Shown: positions 43,936 through 52,987 of the stretch, one piece after another
Layout: each line of letters starts with the position of its first letter
How positions within the stretch are numbered: the first letter of the stretch is position 1
DNA from: Candidatus Micrarchaeia archaeon
GTDB lineage: Archaea; Micrarchaeota; Micrarchaeia; Anstonellales; Bilamarchaeaceae
NCBI GenBank assembly: GCA_046331685.1
Contig: JAXLQI010000001.1
Coordinates: forward strand, 192,047 to 256,046
Length of the DNA: 64,000 nt
Direction: 5' to 3'
Translations under genes and position numbers: made by a program
The notes under the pieces: model-generated
The model's database searches: none
Told to the model about the DNA's origin: nothing
What the model saw: the letters and a program-made list of their open reading frames with translations, nothing else

Positions 43936-44556
43936 ATGAAAGGAGTCCTGGATACGAAGGGCATCCTGCTTGCCCTGTTTTTCGGCGCTGTTCTCGCCGC
44001 CTACGGGGGGCCCGGCTACCTCGCCCTCATGCTCATCTTTTTCCTGCTCGCAATAGCCGTCACGAAATACGAGTATGAGATAAAGCGGGATATGGGGCTG
44101 TATGAGCACGAGAGAGGCTGGGAGAACGTCCTCTCCAACGGCCTGCTCCCGTCCATCCTCGCGGTCATGAGCCCGGCGATCGGCCCGATCCCGTTCATCT
44201 CCTGCCTGGCCGCCGTCACGGCCGACAAGTTCGGTTCGGAGATCGGCGTCCTGGACCCGCACGACCCGGTCTCCATAATGAGCCTCAAGCCGGTCAAGCC
44301 CGGCACGAGCGGAGGCATAAGCCTCCTCGGCACGGTCGGCTCCCTCGCAGGCTCGTGCGCGATAGGGTTCTTCGCGATGGCGGTCTTCGGCATAAGCCCG
44401 ACCCAGGCGCTCCTCGCAGGGCTCGCGGGGCTCGCAGGCTCCGTCGCGGACACATTGTTCGGCGTGTTCGAGGAGCGGGGGATCGGGACCAAGGGGACGA
44501 CGAATTTCATCTGCTCCATCGTTGGGGCGCTGATAGGATATTTAATAATCGCATGA
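43936..44556 (+). CDS. DUF92 / COG1836 integral membrane protein (VTE6-like polyprenyl-phosphate kinase family)
   Basis: Multi-TM protein with ..AAVTADKFGSEIG.. and ..PGTSGGISLLGT..AGLAGSVADTLFG.. motifs of the TIGR00297 family. Confidence 0.75.
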   Translation: MKGVLDTKGILLALFFGAVLAAYGGPGYLALMLIFFLLAIAVTKYEYEIKRDMGLYEHERGWENVLSNGLLPSILAVMSPAIGPIPFISCLAAVTADKFGSEIGVLDPHDPVSIMSLKPVKPGTSGGISLLGTVGSLAGSCAIGFFAMAVFGISPTQALLAGLAGLAGSVADTLFGVFEERGIGTKGTTNFICSIVGALIGYLIIA

Positions 44557-44570
44557 GGAGAGTGGATTCC

Positions 44571-45272
44571 ATGAAAGCGTTCGTATTAGCCGGCGGAGAA
44601 GGCACAAGGCTGCGTCCATACACCTACAGCGTCCCGAAACCGATGCTCATCCTCGGGGGCAAGCCGATATTGCTCTACGTGCTCGAGAACCTGGAACAGG
44701 CCGGGATAAAGGAGATAACCATAACGGCAGGTTACAAGCACGAGCAGATATCAGCCTATTTCGGCGACGGCTCCAGGTTCGGGCTGAAGCTGGACTATTC
44801 GATCGAGAAAGAGAGGATGAACACTGCAGGGTCCATCCTAGGGTATAAGGGGAAGGTGAGGGACACTTTCGCGGTCGTGATGGGCGACCACCTCACGGAC
44901 ATCGACATGGCCGAGATGGTGAAAAGCCACAGGAAAAGCGGGGCTGTGGCGACGATCGCGCTCTATCACAAAAAGCAGCAGCTCGAGTACGGCGTGGCCG
45001 AGCTGAAAGGCGGCAGCGTCGTGGGTTTCAAGGAAAAGCCGCTCCTGGAGCATTATTTCAACACCGCCATCTACATCTTCGAGCCCGAGATATTCGACTA
45101 TATCAGGGAGAAGGAGGATTTCGCCAAAGACGTATTCCCCAGGATGCTTTCAGCCGGGAAAAAAATAAACGGGTACGTGTTCGAAGGCGTCTGGTATGAC
45201 ATCGGCCGCGTCAACGACTATGAGCGCTTCGTCGACACGTTCAATGTCGTCAAGCTCGCGAATACAAAATGA
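44571..45272 (+). CDS. Sugar-1-phosphate nucleotidylyltransferase
   Basis: MKAFVLAGGEGTRLRPYTYSVPKPML is the G-x-G-T-R-L signature. Confidence 0.85.
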   Translation: MKAFVLAGGEGTRLRPYTYSVPKPMLILGGKPILLYVLENLEQAGIKEITITAGYKHEQISAYFGDGSRFGLKLDYSIEKERMNTAGSILGYKGKVRDTFAVVMGDHLTDIDMAEMVKSHRKSGAVATIALYHKKQQLEYGVAELKGGSVVGFKEKPLLEHYFNTAIYIFEPEIFDYIREKEDFAKDVFPRMLSAGKKINGYVFEGVWYDIGRVNDYERFVDTFNVVKLANTK

Positions 45273-45295
45273 CATATACCGCTTTTTTCCCATAA

Positions 45296-46264
45296 TCATA
45301 TCTTAAGGTATAGTGCGAGCACGACCAGGGCGAAGACGCCCTCGACGGCGACGAAGAATAGGACCAGGTTCCGCTCGCTGATGCCCCCAGATAATTTCAT
45401 CACCAGGTGCACGAGGCCTTTCACCTTGCCGTCTTTCGGCAGGAGCTTCCCTCCCCGGAGATCCTGATGGGTGTGCGGGAAACGGTTCAGCGCTTTCACG
45501 AAGAAATCCATGATGTAAGGGACCATCAGGATCACCCCTGCGCTCTCGAGATTGCCGATTATGACGCAGCTCGCTAGCACGCATCCGATCGTGAGGGTCC
45601 CGACATCGCCGGGGAACACCTTCGCCGGATAGATGTTGAAGGCGAGGAAGGCCAGCAGGGCGCCGAGCATCGATATCGCGAAGACCGCCATCTCGACCGA
45701 GCCCCGGCTGAGGGCTACGAGGGCGAGGGCTCCGAACATGACAGCCCCCATCCCGGCTTCGAGCCCGTTGAACCCCGCGAGCATGTTCGTGAGATTGGAG
45801 CAGACGGCGATCGCGAGCGGGACAAGGAGGAGGATATAGACGATCCCGAAATCCACCGAGCCTATGAAAGGGATGAAAAGCGCGGTGCTCCCCGCGGCCT
45901 TCACAGCGACCAGCGGCACGGCGGCGAACAGCGGGAGGATGGCCTTCAGCCACTGCGGGATGCTCAGGAGATCGTCCACTATTCCTATGAAAGCGATCGT
46001 GTGGATCGTGATCACGGCGGCAAGCACATAGACAAGGTTGAGCTGGAGAGAGAAGAACGAATTGAAGAAGATCGCGAGGAGGAGGCCGGCGCTGAACCCT
46101 GCGACTATGCCGAAACCGCCCATCTCGGCCACCTGCGGGCCCCCGGACTTGTTCTCATCGCCCCCCGTGATGCCCGCCCGTACAAGGCGGGGGATTATCA
46201 TCTTGGTCAGCAGGAACGCCGCGGCGAAAGAGAGGATCCCGCAGGCGAGATAGTACTCGATCAT
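45296..46264 (-). CDS. Glycosyltransferase family 4 (MraY/WecA/AglH-type polyprenyl-phosphate HexNAc-1-phosphate transferase)
   Basis: ~10 TM segments with GIVDD, NLTNMLAGFNGLEAG and VFPGDVG motifs. Confidence 0.85.
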   Translation of the reverse strand: MIEYYLACGILSFAAAFLLTKMIIPRLVRAGITGGDENKSGGPQVAEMGGFGIVAGFSAGLLLAIFFNSFFSLQLNLVYVLAAVITIHTIAFIGIVDDLLSIPQWLKAILPLFAAVPLVAVKAAGSTALFIPFIGSVDFGIVYILLLVPLAIAVCSNLTNMLAGFNGLEAGMGAVMFGALALVALSRGSVEMAVFAISMLGALLAFLAFNIYPAKVFPGDVGTLTIGCVLASCVIIGNLESAGVILMVPYIMDFFVKALNRFPHTHQDLRGGKLLPKDGKVKGLVHLVMKLSGGISERNLVLFFVAVEGVFALVVLALYLKI

Positions 46265-47508
46265 CTCCGCACCTGCTCCACTATCGTCTTCGCGTATTCG
46301 ACGCTGAAATTCTTCTCCCTCGCCAGGATCTCCGCGACCTTCTCGGCCTCTTCGGCGGTCGCCCCGGCGAAGATGGCTATGTTCCTTGCATGGAGCTTCA
46401 TATGGCCCTGCTGGATCCCAACAGTGCTGAGCGCCGAGAGGGCGGCGAAATTATTGGCAAGGCCCACAGAAGCCATGGCCATGGCGAGCTCGCGGGAGCT
46501 CTTCACACCTGAGATCTTGAGGGCGATACGTGCTGTCGGGCTGCTGTTCACCGCAGGCCCGACGGTGGCGAGGGCGAGCGGCAGCTCGATCGAGCCCAAC
46601 AGATCGCCATTCTCATTCTTCCGGAACTGCGTGAGGGGCTTGTACGAGCCGATCGAAGCGAACGCGTGCGCTCCGGCCTCGACCGATCTCCAGTCGTTGC
46701 CGGTGGCGAGCGCGACGGCGTCCACCCCGTTCATGATGCCCTTGTTGTGGGTCGCGCACCGGTAGATATCGTGCTTCGCGAATTCGTATGCGTCGAGCAC
46801 CCCGTTCACGGCATCTTCGCCGATCACGGATCTCCTCCAGACCGCGCTGGCCCGGGCTTTCCTCCTCGTGGCCAGATTGCTGACGATCCTCAGCCGGGCA
46901 TGGCCCTCGCTGATCTGGGAGAGTGTCGGGGCGATGCTCTCGAGCAACGTGTTGACCATGTTCGCCCCCTGCGCTTCGCCGACGGCGACGAAGAAATCCA
47001 CTATGACCATCCGGCCCCGGTCGGTCTCGATCACCCTGGCCTCGAAATCCCGCACGCCGCACCCGTATTTCTCGAGGCCCTTCATGTGGCTGGATGCTAT
47101 GCCGAGGATCTGGCGCTTGTTCAGCGAGAGGTTCTTCAGGGCCTCGGTGACGTCCTTGATGGATGTCAGCTGGATCTGACCGATCATTATCGGCTCATCC
47201 GCGTCGGCCTTGAAGCCCTCCGGAAGGGTCTGCTTGGCGGCCCTGCAGGCCGCAGCGATGACGGATGCCTCCTCCACGGCCATCGGTATGATCGTGTGCC
47301 TGCCGTTTATCACGAAGTTGAGGCCGAGGCCGAGAGGGATATGGATGGCCCCAATGACGTTCTCGACCATCTTGTCGGCCTTGTCCATCTTCAGGGCGCC
47401 GCTGTCCGCTAGGACCAGCGCCTCCTCGTCCGTCAGGCCGGCCGACTTCTTGACCTTTGCGAGGCGTTCTTCCGGCGTGAGCTTGTAGAATCCTGAGAAA
47501 TCCTCCAT
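46261..47508 (-). CDS. hmgA: Hydroxymethylglutaryl-CoA reductase, class II
   Basis: FYKLTPEERL, MVENVIGAIHIPLGL, PMAVEEASVIAAA and ATHNKGIMNG are class II signatures. Confidence 0.92.
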   Translation of the reverse strand: MEDFSGFYKLTPEERLAKVKKSAGLTDEEALVLADSGALKMDKADKMVENVIGAIHIPLGLGLNFVINGRHTIIPMAVEEASVIAAACRAAKQTLPEGFKADADEPIMIGQIQLTSIKDVTEALKNLSLNKRQILGIASSHMKGLEKYGCGVRDFEARVIETDRGRMVIVDFFVAVGEAQGANMVNTLLESIAPTLSQISEGHARLRIVSNLATRRKARASAVWRRSVIGEDAVNGVLDAYEFAKHDIYRCATHNKGIMNGVDAVALATGNDWRSVEAGAHAFASIGSYKPLTQFRKNENGDLLGSIELPLALATVGPAVNSSPTARIALKISGVKSSRELAMAMASVGLANNFAALSALSTVGIQQGHMKLHARNIAIFAGATAEEAEKVAEILAREKNFSVEYAKTIVEQVRR

Positions 47509-47688
47509 TGAAACTTTCCTCCTGCATAACCTCGGTTAAAGTTTCATCAAACTTCAGCCGGTTCGACTTGAAACTTTCCTCCTTTGAAACTTTCCTCCTG
47601 CATAACCTCGGTTAAAGTTTCCGATGGAACGATGCGACGTTCCATGGACACAAGAACGGATTCCCGTTCTTGTTGTCATCAAACTTCA
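47508..47688. repeat. Duplicated hmgA translation-initiation/leader segment, with a 56-nt double-hairpin insertion in the distal copy
   Basis: An identical 38-mer ttgaaactttcctcctgcataacctcggttaaagtttc occurs at 47508-47545 and 47584-47621. An extra 15-mer copy sits at 47568-47582. The tail atcaaacttca occurs at 47546-47556 and 47678-47688. Hairpins lie at 47624-47645 and 47650-47673. Confidence 0.85.
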
Positions 47689-47718
47689 TTAGATGAACTC
47701 CGAATCCTCCTCCATATT

Positions 47719-48171
47719 TCAACGATAACCGTTCTCCAGTTTCTCCAGCGCCGAGCCGATGTTCTCGAACGCCGCATCGGCCTTCTTCATGTAGAAGCCG
47801 CGGAATATCTCCTTAAGGTTCCTCGACTCTCCATCGCCGAAATAATACCTCCCCTTCTTCCTGCTCAGGATGCCGACCTCTTTCAGCCTGAGGAGATGAT
47901 AATAGACGGCTTTCGGGTTCTGGGGCGCTTTGGTAGTCTCCTCGAGGCGGGAGAGGATGTCCTTCGTCGTCGGGGCCTGGTCCCGGACATGGAACTCGAA
48001 GAGAGTCTCGAGGATATCGAGCAACAGCCTCCGGCTCTCGTTCGGCAGGATCATCCCCAGCGAGAGCGCGATCCACCGTATCAGCGACTTCCGGGCCAGC
48101 AGGACGTCTTCCGGAAGAGCCATGTCCCTAATCACCAACTCTGATCGTATCAGCCTGGATTCAGGGATCAT
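47719..48171 (-). CDS. Winged-helix transcriptional regulator (ArsR/TrmB-like), tentative
   Basis: ..PTTKDILSRLEETTKAPQNPKAVYYHLLRLKEVGILSRKKGRYYF.. is a wHTH recognition helix plus wing. Alternative start at 48123. Confidence 0.5.
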   Translation of the reverse strand: MIPESRLIRSELVIRDMALPEDVLLARKSLIRWIALSLGMILPNESRRLLLDILETLFEFHVRDQAPTTKDILSRLEETTKAPQNPKAVYYHLLRLKEVGILSRKKGRYYFGDGESRNLKEIFRGFYMKKADAAFENIGSALEKLENGYR

Positions 48172-48198
48172 GTGACGATTTCCATGAGAAAGGTTATA

Positions 48199-48603
48199 AT
48201 GATACGGGTGCATTTAAGCACAGGTGAACCCTTGGTCAACCTGACGATACGCCATCACCCTGACGTTCTATTCGGCTTCTCGAGCAATTACATCGAAGTC
48301 ATCCTCCGCGTCGAGAACCCAGGGGATCATGCGATCTGGGGGGAGGCCGACATATCGGTCCCTGAGAGGCTTTCGCTGAGCCCGAACAATTCCCTCCGAA
48401 AAGGGAGGGTGAGGGTCGGTATCATCGGCAAGAGCGAGTTCCTCGAGAAGTCCGTGAGGGTCTACAGCAACAGTTTCACCAACCCCCAGATGTACAAGTG
48501 CGGGATAACGCTCTACGTCTTCAACAAGGACGGCGTGATTGACGGAAGGGTCGAGAAACCGACCAATATCAGGTGCGAACTGAAGAAGGAAGCCACGCTC
48601 TGA
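48199..48603 (+). CDS. Hypothetical protein (~134 aa), start uncertain
   Basis: Divergent from the regulator. No family recognised. Confidence 0.4.
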   Translation: MIRVHLSTGEPLVNLTIRHHPDVLFGFSSNYIEVILRVENPGDHAIWGEADISVPERLSLSPNNSLRKGRVRVGIIGKSEFLEKSVRVYSNSFTNPQMYKCGITLYVFNKDGVIDGRVEKPTNIRCELKKEATL

Positions 48604-48615
48604 TCCTGAGTATTT

Positions 48616-49086
48616 TCAGACAAGCCTTATGTGCTGGTCAGCGAGCAGGTGGGAGAAGTAGCCGACCGCCCCTGCGGCGGCTATAGCCTCCCCGAAAACC
48701 ACATAGAGGGCTGCGGCGAAGACGATGTTGGCCGCGATCGTATGCGTTATCCCTCTGTGCTTCGGCTTGAAAAGGCGGAAAATGATGAGGTAGCAGCCGA
48801 GGACGGCGAGGAAGATGATGAGCGCCGGGAGGAGCTTCGCTATCGACGGGAGACACGCAGCCCCTCCGCAGCTCCAGATATAGGCTGAGAGGAAAGCGAA
48901 GGCTATGACCGCGGCATCGAGCAGCTTCCTCCCTTTGCTTGATTCGTGGTCGAGGTCCGGAGCCAGCGCGCAGAGCGCCCCGAAGGCTGAGAGGAGCGCC
49001 AGGGAAAGCGGATCCCTGCCGCCCGCTAGGTAGGAGACGCAGAAGACAAGGACCGCTCCGACAAGAAGATGGGCACGCCATCGCAT
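48616..49086 (-). CDS. Membrane-bound metal-dependent hydrolase, YdjM/DUF457 family
   Basis: Multi-TM protein with HRGITHT and SHLLAD motifs. Confidence 0.7.
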   Translation of the reverse strand: MRWRAHLLVGAVLVFCVSYLAGGRDPLSLALLSAFGALCALAPDLDHESSKGRKLLDAAVIAFAFLSAYIWSCGGAACLPSIAKLLPALIIFLAVLGCYLIIFRLFKPKHRGITHTIAANIVFAAALYVVFGEAIAAAGAVGYFSHLLADQHIRLV

Positions 49087-49124
49087 GGATAAAGAAGAGG
49101 AAGAAAAAATAAAAACAGGCCGAT

Positions 49125-49985
49125 TCAGCTTCCTATCTCGAAGCTGGCCGATACCACTGCGCTGACATCCACCTGGCCCGGCGAGAGCTGGGTCGGGGGG
49201 ACTGGTGCGGAGTCCGCCGCGGCCATCATGTAGTTCTTGGTGTAATACGGCACCGGGTAGCTGAACGATTCGCTCGCCGAGAGGATCTTGCCGAGGGAGA
49301 CACCGACGCCGGCCGCTATGGACTGCGCTTTGGATTTCGCCATCGCGGATGCGTCCTGGAGGAGCGATTTCTCGATAGCGGCTTTGGTCTCGTCCTTCAG
49401 CGTGAACTGGACGTAATCGACGAACGTCTGGTTCGTCCCGGCGCTTGCGGCCGCATCGATCACATCCCCTCCCTTTGTCAGGTCGGTCAGCCTCACATTG
49501 AGGCTGTGCGTGGTCCGGTAGCCGGTCACCTTCGACGTGTAGTGGCAGTTCATGCCGCCCTTGTCGCAGATGTACTGGCTGTCATAGACCGGGTCGACGC
49601 TATAGGACACCGTCTGGATGTCCGAGTCGGCGATGCCGAGCGCTTTCAGCCTCGAGCGCAGATCCGCGCTCACAGCCGCATTATCCTGCTGGGCTTTCTT
49701 GGCTGTGCCGGAATCCGTCTGGACGCGCAGGGCCAGGTTGAGCAGGTCCGGCGCGGCTTTCTTTGTCGCTGTGGCCGACACCGAGATCACATGGTCGGTA
49801 GGCGTGCTCGACACATAGACATTCGGGCTGCTCGGCCCGCCCGTGACATTCACTTTCGGCGCATAATCGCCCTTGGAGAGCAGGTAGGCGCTCCCGAGCA
49901 TCCCTACGGCGAGAAGGAGAGCTGCGATAACAAGCATCATCCCTTTGCCTTGGTGAGCCATCATCATTTCATCATCTTTTCCCAT
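49125..49985 (-). CDS. SIMPL/DUF541 domain protein, membrane-anchored
   Basis: N-terminal TM segment, then ..GYRTTHSLNVRLTDL..VIDAA..AGTNQ.. and C-terminal ..LSPGQVDVSAVVSASFEI, typical of SIMPL. Confidence 0.8.
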   Translation of the reverse strand: MGKDDEMMMAHQGKGMMLVIAALLLAVGMLGSAYLLSKGDYAPKVNVTGGPSSPNVYVSSTPTDHVISVSATATKKAAPDLLNLALRVQTDSGTAKKAQQDNAAVSADLRSRLKALGIADSDIQTVSYSVDPVYDSQYICDKGGMNCHYTSKVTGYRTTHSLNVRLTDLTKGGDVIDAAASAGTNQTFVDYVQFTLKDETKAAIEKSLLQDASAMAKSKAQSIAAGVGVSLGKILSASESFSYPVPYYTKNYMMAAADSAPVPPTQLSPGQVDVSAVVSASFEIGS

Positions 49986-49989
49986 TTCA

Positions 49990-50304
49990 TCACCTTGAAA
50001 TTTTCTTACAGACGCCCATCGCATCAGGGGTCTTATCATCAGGATAATAGTCCGTGCATGCGTAGCCCGCAGGGCACCGGAATCCGGCTATGCCGCCGCA
50101 CTGGCACACCGCCACGCAGAACTTGTTGCACACCTGGCCAGGAGGCAGATCCCTGCAGCAGGTGCCCTCTGTGTTCCAGCTCCCTCCCGAAGCCAAGCAA
50201 GACTCCTCTGACGGTCCGGCCCCGGTCTGGTTGTCAGCCGGGCGCGAGCCTGCGCAGCCCTGGAGAGCCAATAGCAAAGCCATCGCGAGGAAAGCGTATC
50301 TCAT
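49990..50304 (-). CDS. Small Cys-rich lipoprotein
   Basis: Lipobox ALQGC, with 10 further Cys (..CQCGGIAGFRCPAGYACTDY..). Confidence 0.55.
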   Translation of the reverse strand: MRYAFLAMALLLALQGCAGSRPADNQTGAGPSEESCLASGGSWNTEGTCCRDLPPGQVCNKFCVAVCQCGGIAGFRCPAGYACTDYYPDDKTPDAMGVCKKISR

Positions 50305-50366
50305 GGATAAGGATAGGAAAGCGATATTTAAACGATTGCCTTTTTAGTTCGGCCGAGACCGACAGA

Positions 50367-50837
50367 TCAGGCGTGGACGGCATCCCTCATGAGGACCAGC
50401 TGGACGGAACGGACGACATCGGCATCAGGATGGGCGAGGAGCCCGTCCAGGGATGCATCATCGTGCGTGTTCATGAAGTGGATGGCGAGCGCCGCGGCGG
50501 CGTTCCTCTTCACATAGATGTCGTCCAGCGCGGCCTTGAGCCCTGGCACCGAAGGCCCGATATCCAAGCGCTGGTCCGCGGCCGCCCTGAACAAGTCAGC
50601 TGCGAGCGGACCTATGCCGACGTAATCGTCGTTCAGGAGGCCGGCGAGCGCCTCCTGGTGATTGCGCAAAACGTTCAGGAGCTCGGGGGTCTCGTCACGG
50701 AGGAGCATCATGCGGAGACGCTCCGCTCCGGGGGAGATGCTGCGGGGTTTCTCCACAAGTATGCTGTGCCTTGGAAAATCAGTCGGGGCTGGCCGGTCCG
50801 GATCGGTCAAACCGAGTCTCCTTCGCGTATGCCTCAA
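50367..50837 (-). CDS. Hypothetical helical protein, start uncertain
   Basis: An internal Met (MMLLRDETPELL) is a more likely start. No family recognised. Confidence 0.35.
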   Translation of the reverse strand: MRHTRRRLGLTDPDRPAPTDFPRHSILVEKPRSISPGAERLRMMLLRDETPELLNVLRNHQEALAGLLNDDYVGIGPLAADLFRAAADQRLDIGPSVPGLKAALDDIYVKRNAAAALAIHFMNTHDDASLDGLLAHPDADVVRSVQLVLMRDAVHA

Positions 50838-50916
50838 AGGCCTACCCTCGGAGCATATTTGGAGTGAACGGTTTATAAATCGGCCAATCTTCTTCCGGAG
50901 AGGATGGGAGGGGCGG

Positions 50917-51570
50917 TCATGCCGCTTTGGCTTTCTTCTCTTTCTCGAGCTTCCTCTTGATGGTCTTTAGGCTGACGAACGAGTCCCGTTCCATCTCCTC
51001 GAGCCGGAACGAGATCATCTTCTTCTGCTCCTCGAGGCGCGGCATGAGGACGAACTCCAGGGCGTTGACACGCCTCTTGGTCTTCTCGATCTCGATGATG
51101 AGCCTCTTCATGGCGGTCTCGGTCTCGGCGAGGCGGATCACCATCGTGAGGATGTCGTTGAAATCCTCGACCGCGGCATCGATCTTGGCGCTCGTCGCCG
51201 CCACCGAGTATGTGGGCAGGGCGAGGAAATGGACGCTCTCCATCTTCGTCGTTATGTTCGGGATCTTGACGCCCATCACGTTGCGGACCTCTATGTCTAT
51301 GTCGATCTCCTTGCGGAGGTCGAGGGATACCTTGGAGAGCTCCTGGTTGTTGTGGTACGTCTCGGCGAGGGCAAGGGACCGGTATCCGGAAGCCATCCTG
51401 ACCGCGAGCTGGCCGCGGAGGTCCTGGGCCTTCTTGAGTATCTTGAAGAACTCGAGGATGAGGGCATCGCGCTTCTGCTTGAGGAGCTTGTGGCCCTTCT
51501 GGGCCAGCTTGATGCGATCCTTGGTCTGTATGAGCTCCATCCTCGTCGGATTCACATCGGTCGCTGCCAT
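50917..51570 (-). CDS. atpD: A-type ATP synthase subunit D
   Basis: NPTRMELIQTKDRIKLAQKGHKLLKQKRDAL is the canonical subunit D N-terminus. Last gene of the operon. Confidence 0.92.
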   Translation of the reverse strand: MAATDVNPTRMELIQTKDRIKLAQKGHKLLKQKRDALILEFFKILKKAQDLRGQLAVRMASGYRSLALAETYHNNQELSKVSLDLRKEIDIDIEVRNVMGVKIPNITTKMESVHFLALPTYSVAATSAKIDAAVEDFNDILTMVIRLAETETAMKRLIIEIEKTKRRVNALEFVLMPRLEEQKKMISFRLEEMERDSFVSLKTIKRKLEKEKKAKAA

Positions 51571-51581
51571 TTTTGTTCACC

Positions 51582-52985
51582 TCAAAGGGCTGCGCCCCTT
51601 GGACCCTCCTTCTTCTTCATGTATTTCGCGATGTGGTCTTTCTTGACCCTCTTGAGCTCGTCTTCTGGGAGTATCGAGAACAGCTCCCATCCGAGATCAA
51701 GTGTGGCCTCTATGTCGCGGTTCTCATACGGGCCCTGCTGTATGAAGCGTTTCTCGAACTCATCGGCCATCTTGAGGAAGCGCCGGTCGGATGCCGACAA
51801 CGCTTCCTCTCCGACGACCGCGCTGAGGCTCCGGAGGTCCCTCCCGTTCGCGTATCCGGCGTAGAGCTGGTCCGAGACCCCTTTGTGGTCTTCGCGGGTC
51901 TTCTTGTCGCCGATGCCGGAGTTCATGAGGCGGGAAAGGGACGGGAGCGGGTCCACCGGCGGATAGATGTTCTTGCGGTGGAGGTCCCTGCTCAGGAGTA
52001 TCTGCCCTTCGGTGATGTAGCCGGTGAGGTCAGGGATAGGGTGCGTCTTGTCGTCTCCGGGCATGGTGAGGACGGGGATCTGCGTGACCGATCCCGTGCT
52101 TCCCCTCACCTTGCCTGCCCTTTCGTATATCGTGGAAAGGTCGGTGTACATGTACCCCGGGTAACCACGGCGCCCCGGCACTTCCTGCCTTGCCGAGGAG
52201 ATCTCGCGGAGAGCCTCGCAGTAGTTGGTCATGTCCGTGATGAGGACGAGGACGTGCATCCCCTGCTCATAAGCGAGGTATTCGGCCGTGGTGAGGGCGA
52301 GCCTCGGGGTGATGATGCGCTCGACCGACGGGTCGTCGGCGAGGTTGAGGAAGAGCACCGCGTTCTCGAGTGCTCCCGTCTTCTCGAAATCCCTCATGAA
52401 GAATGACGCCTCTTCATGGGTGATGCCGACGGCCGCGAACACGACCGCGAACTTCTCTCCGCTCCCCCTGACTTTGGCCTGCCGGGCGATCTGGACTGTG
52501 AGCTGGTTGTGCGGAAGGCCGGCTCCGGAGAATATCGGGAGCTTCTGCCCGCGGACGAGCGTGTTCATGCAGTCGATCGTGGAGATGCCGGTCTGGATGA
52601 ACTCGTTCGGCATCTCGCGCGAGAACGGGTTTATCGGAAGGCCTGAGATGTCGACCTTCTCCTTCGGGATCAGCCTCGGGCCCTTGTCCCTGGGCTCGCC
52701 GAGTCCGGTGAACACGCGGCCGAGCATCTCGGTCGAAAGGCCGAGCCTCATGGTCTCGCCGAGGAACTTCACGGTCGTCTGGGTGGTGCTGATCCCCGCC
52801 GTGGGGCCGAAGACCTGGACGACTGCCATCTCCGCGCTGACATCGAGGACCTGGCCCTTGCGGCGCTCGCCGTTCGGAAGCATGATCTCGACGATCTCAT
52901 TGTAGCCGACCCCGCTGACGTCTGAAACGACGACAAGCGGACCCGCGATCTCTGTGATTGTCTTGTATTCCTTCATATGATTCAC
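51582..52985 (-). CDS. atpB: A-type ATP synthase subunit B
   Basis: ..[42 protein letters not shown].. Confidence 0.95.
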   Translation of the reverse strand: MNHMKEYKTITEIAGPLVVVSDVSGVGYNEIVEIMLPNGERRKGQVLDVSAEMAVVQVFGPTAGISTTQTTVKFLGETMRLGLSTEMLGRVFTGLGEPRDKGPRLIPKEKVDISGLPINPFSREMPNEFIQTGISTIDCMNTLVRGQKLPIFSGAGLPHNQLTVQIARQAKVRGSGEKFAVVFAAVGITHEEASFFMRDFEKTGALENAVLFLNLADDPSVERIITPRLALTTAEYLAYEQGMHVLVLITDMTNYCEALREISSARQEVPGRRGYPGYMYTDLSTIYERAGKVRGSTGSVTQIPVLTMPGDDKTHPIPDLTGYITEGQILLSRDLHRKNIYPPVDPLPSLSRLMNSGIGDKKTREDHKGVSDQLYAGYANGRDLRSLSAVVGEEALSASDRRFLKMADEFEKRFIQQGPYENRDIEATLDLGWELFSILPEDELKRVKKDHIAKYMKKKEGPRGAAL

Positions 52986-52987
52986 CC

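Noticed and set aside
49506-50867. 453-aa ORF on the plus strand
   Set aside because: Spans three well-supported minus-strand genes (SIMPL, Cys-rich lipoprotein, 50367..50837). Arg/His/Pro-rich shadow.
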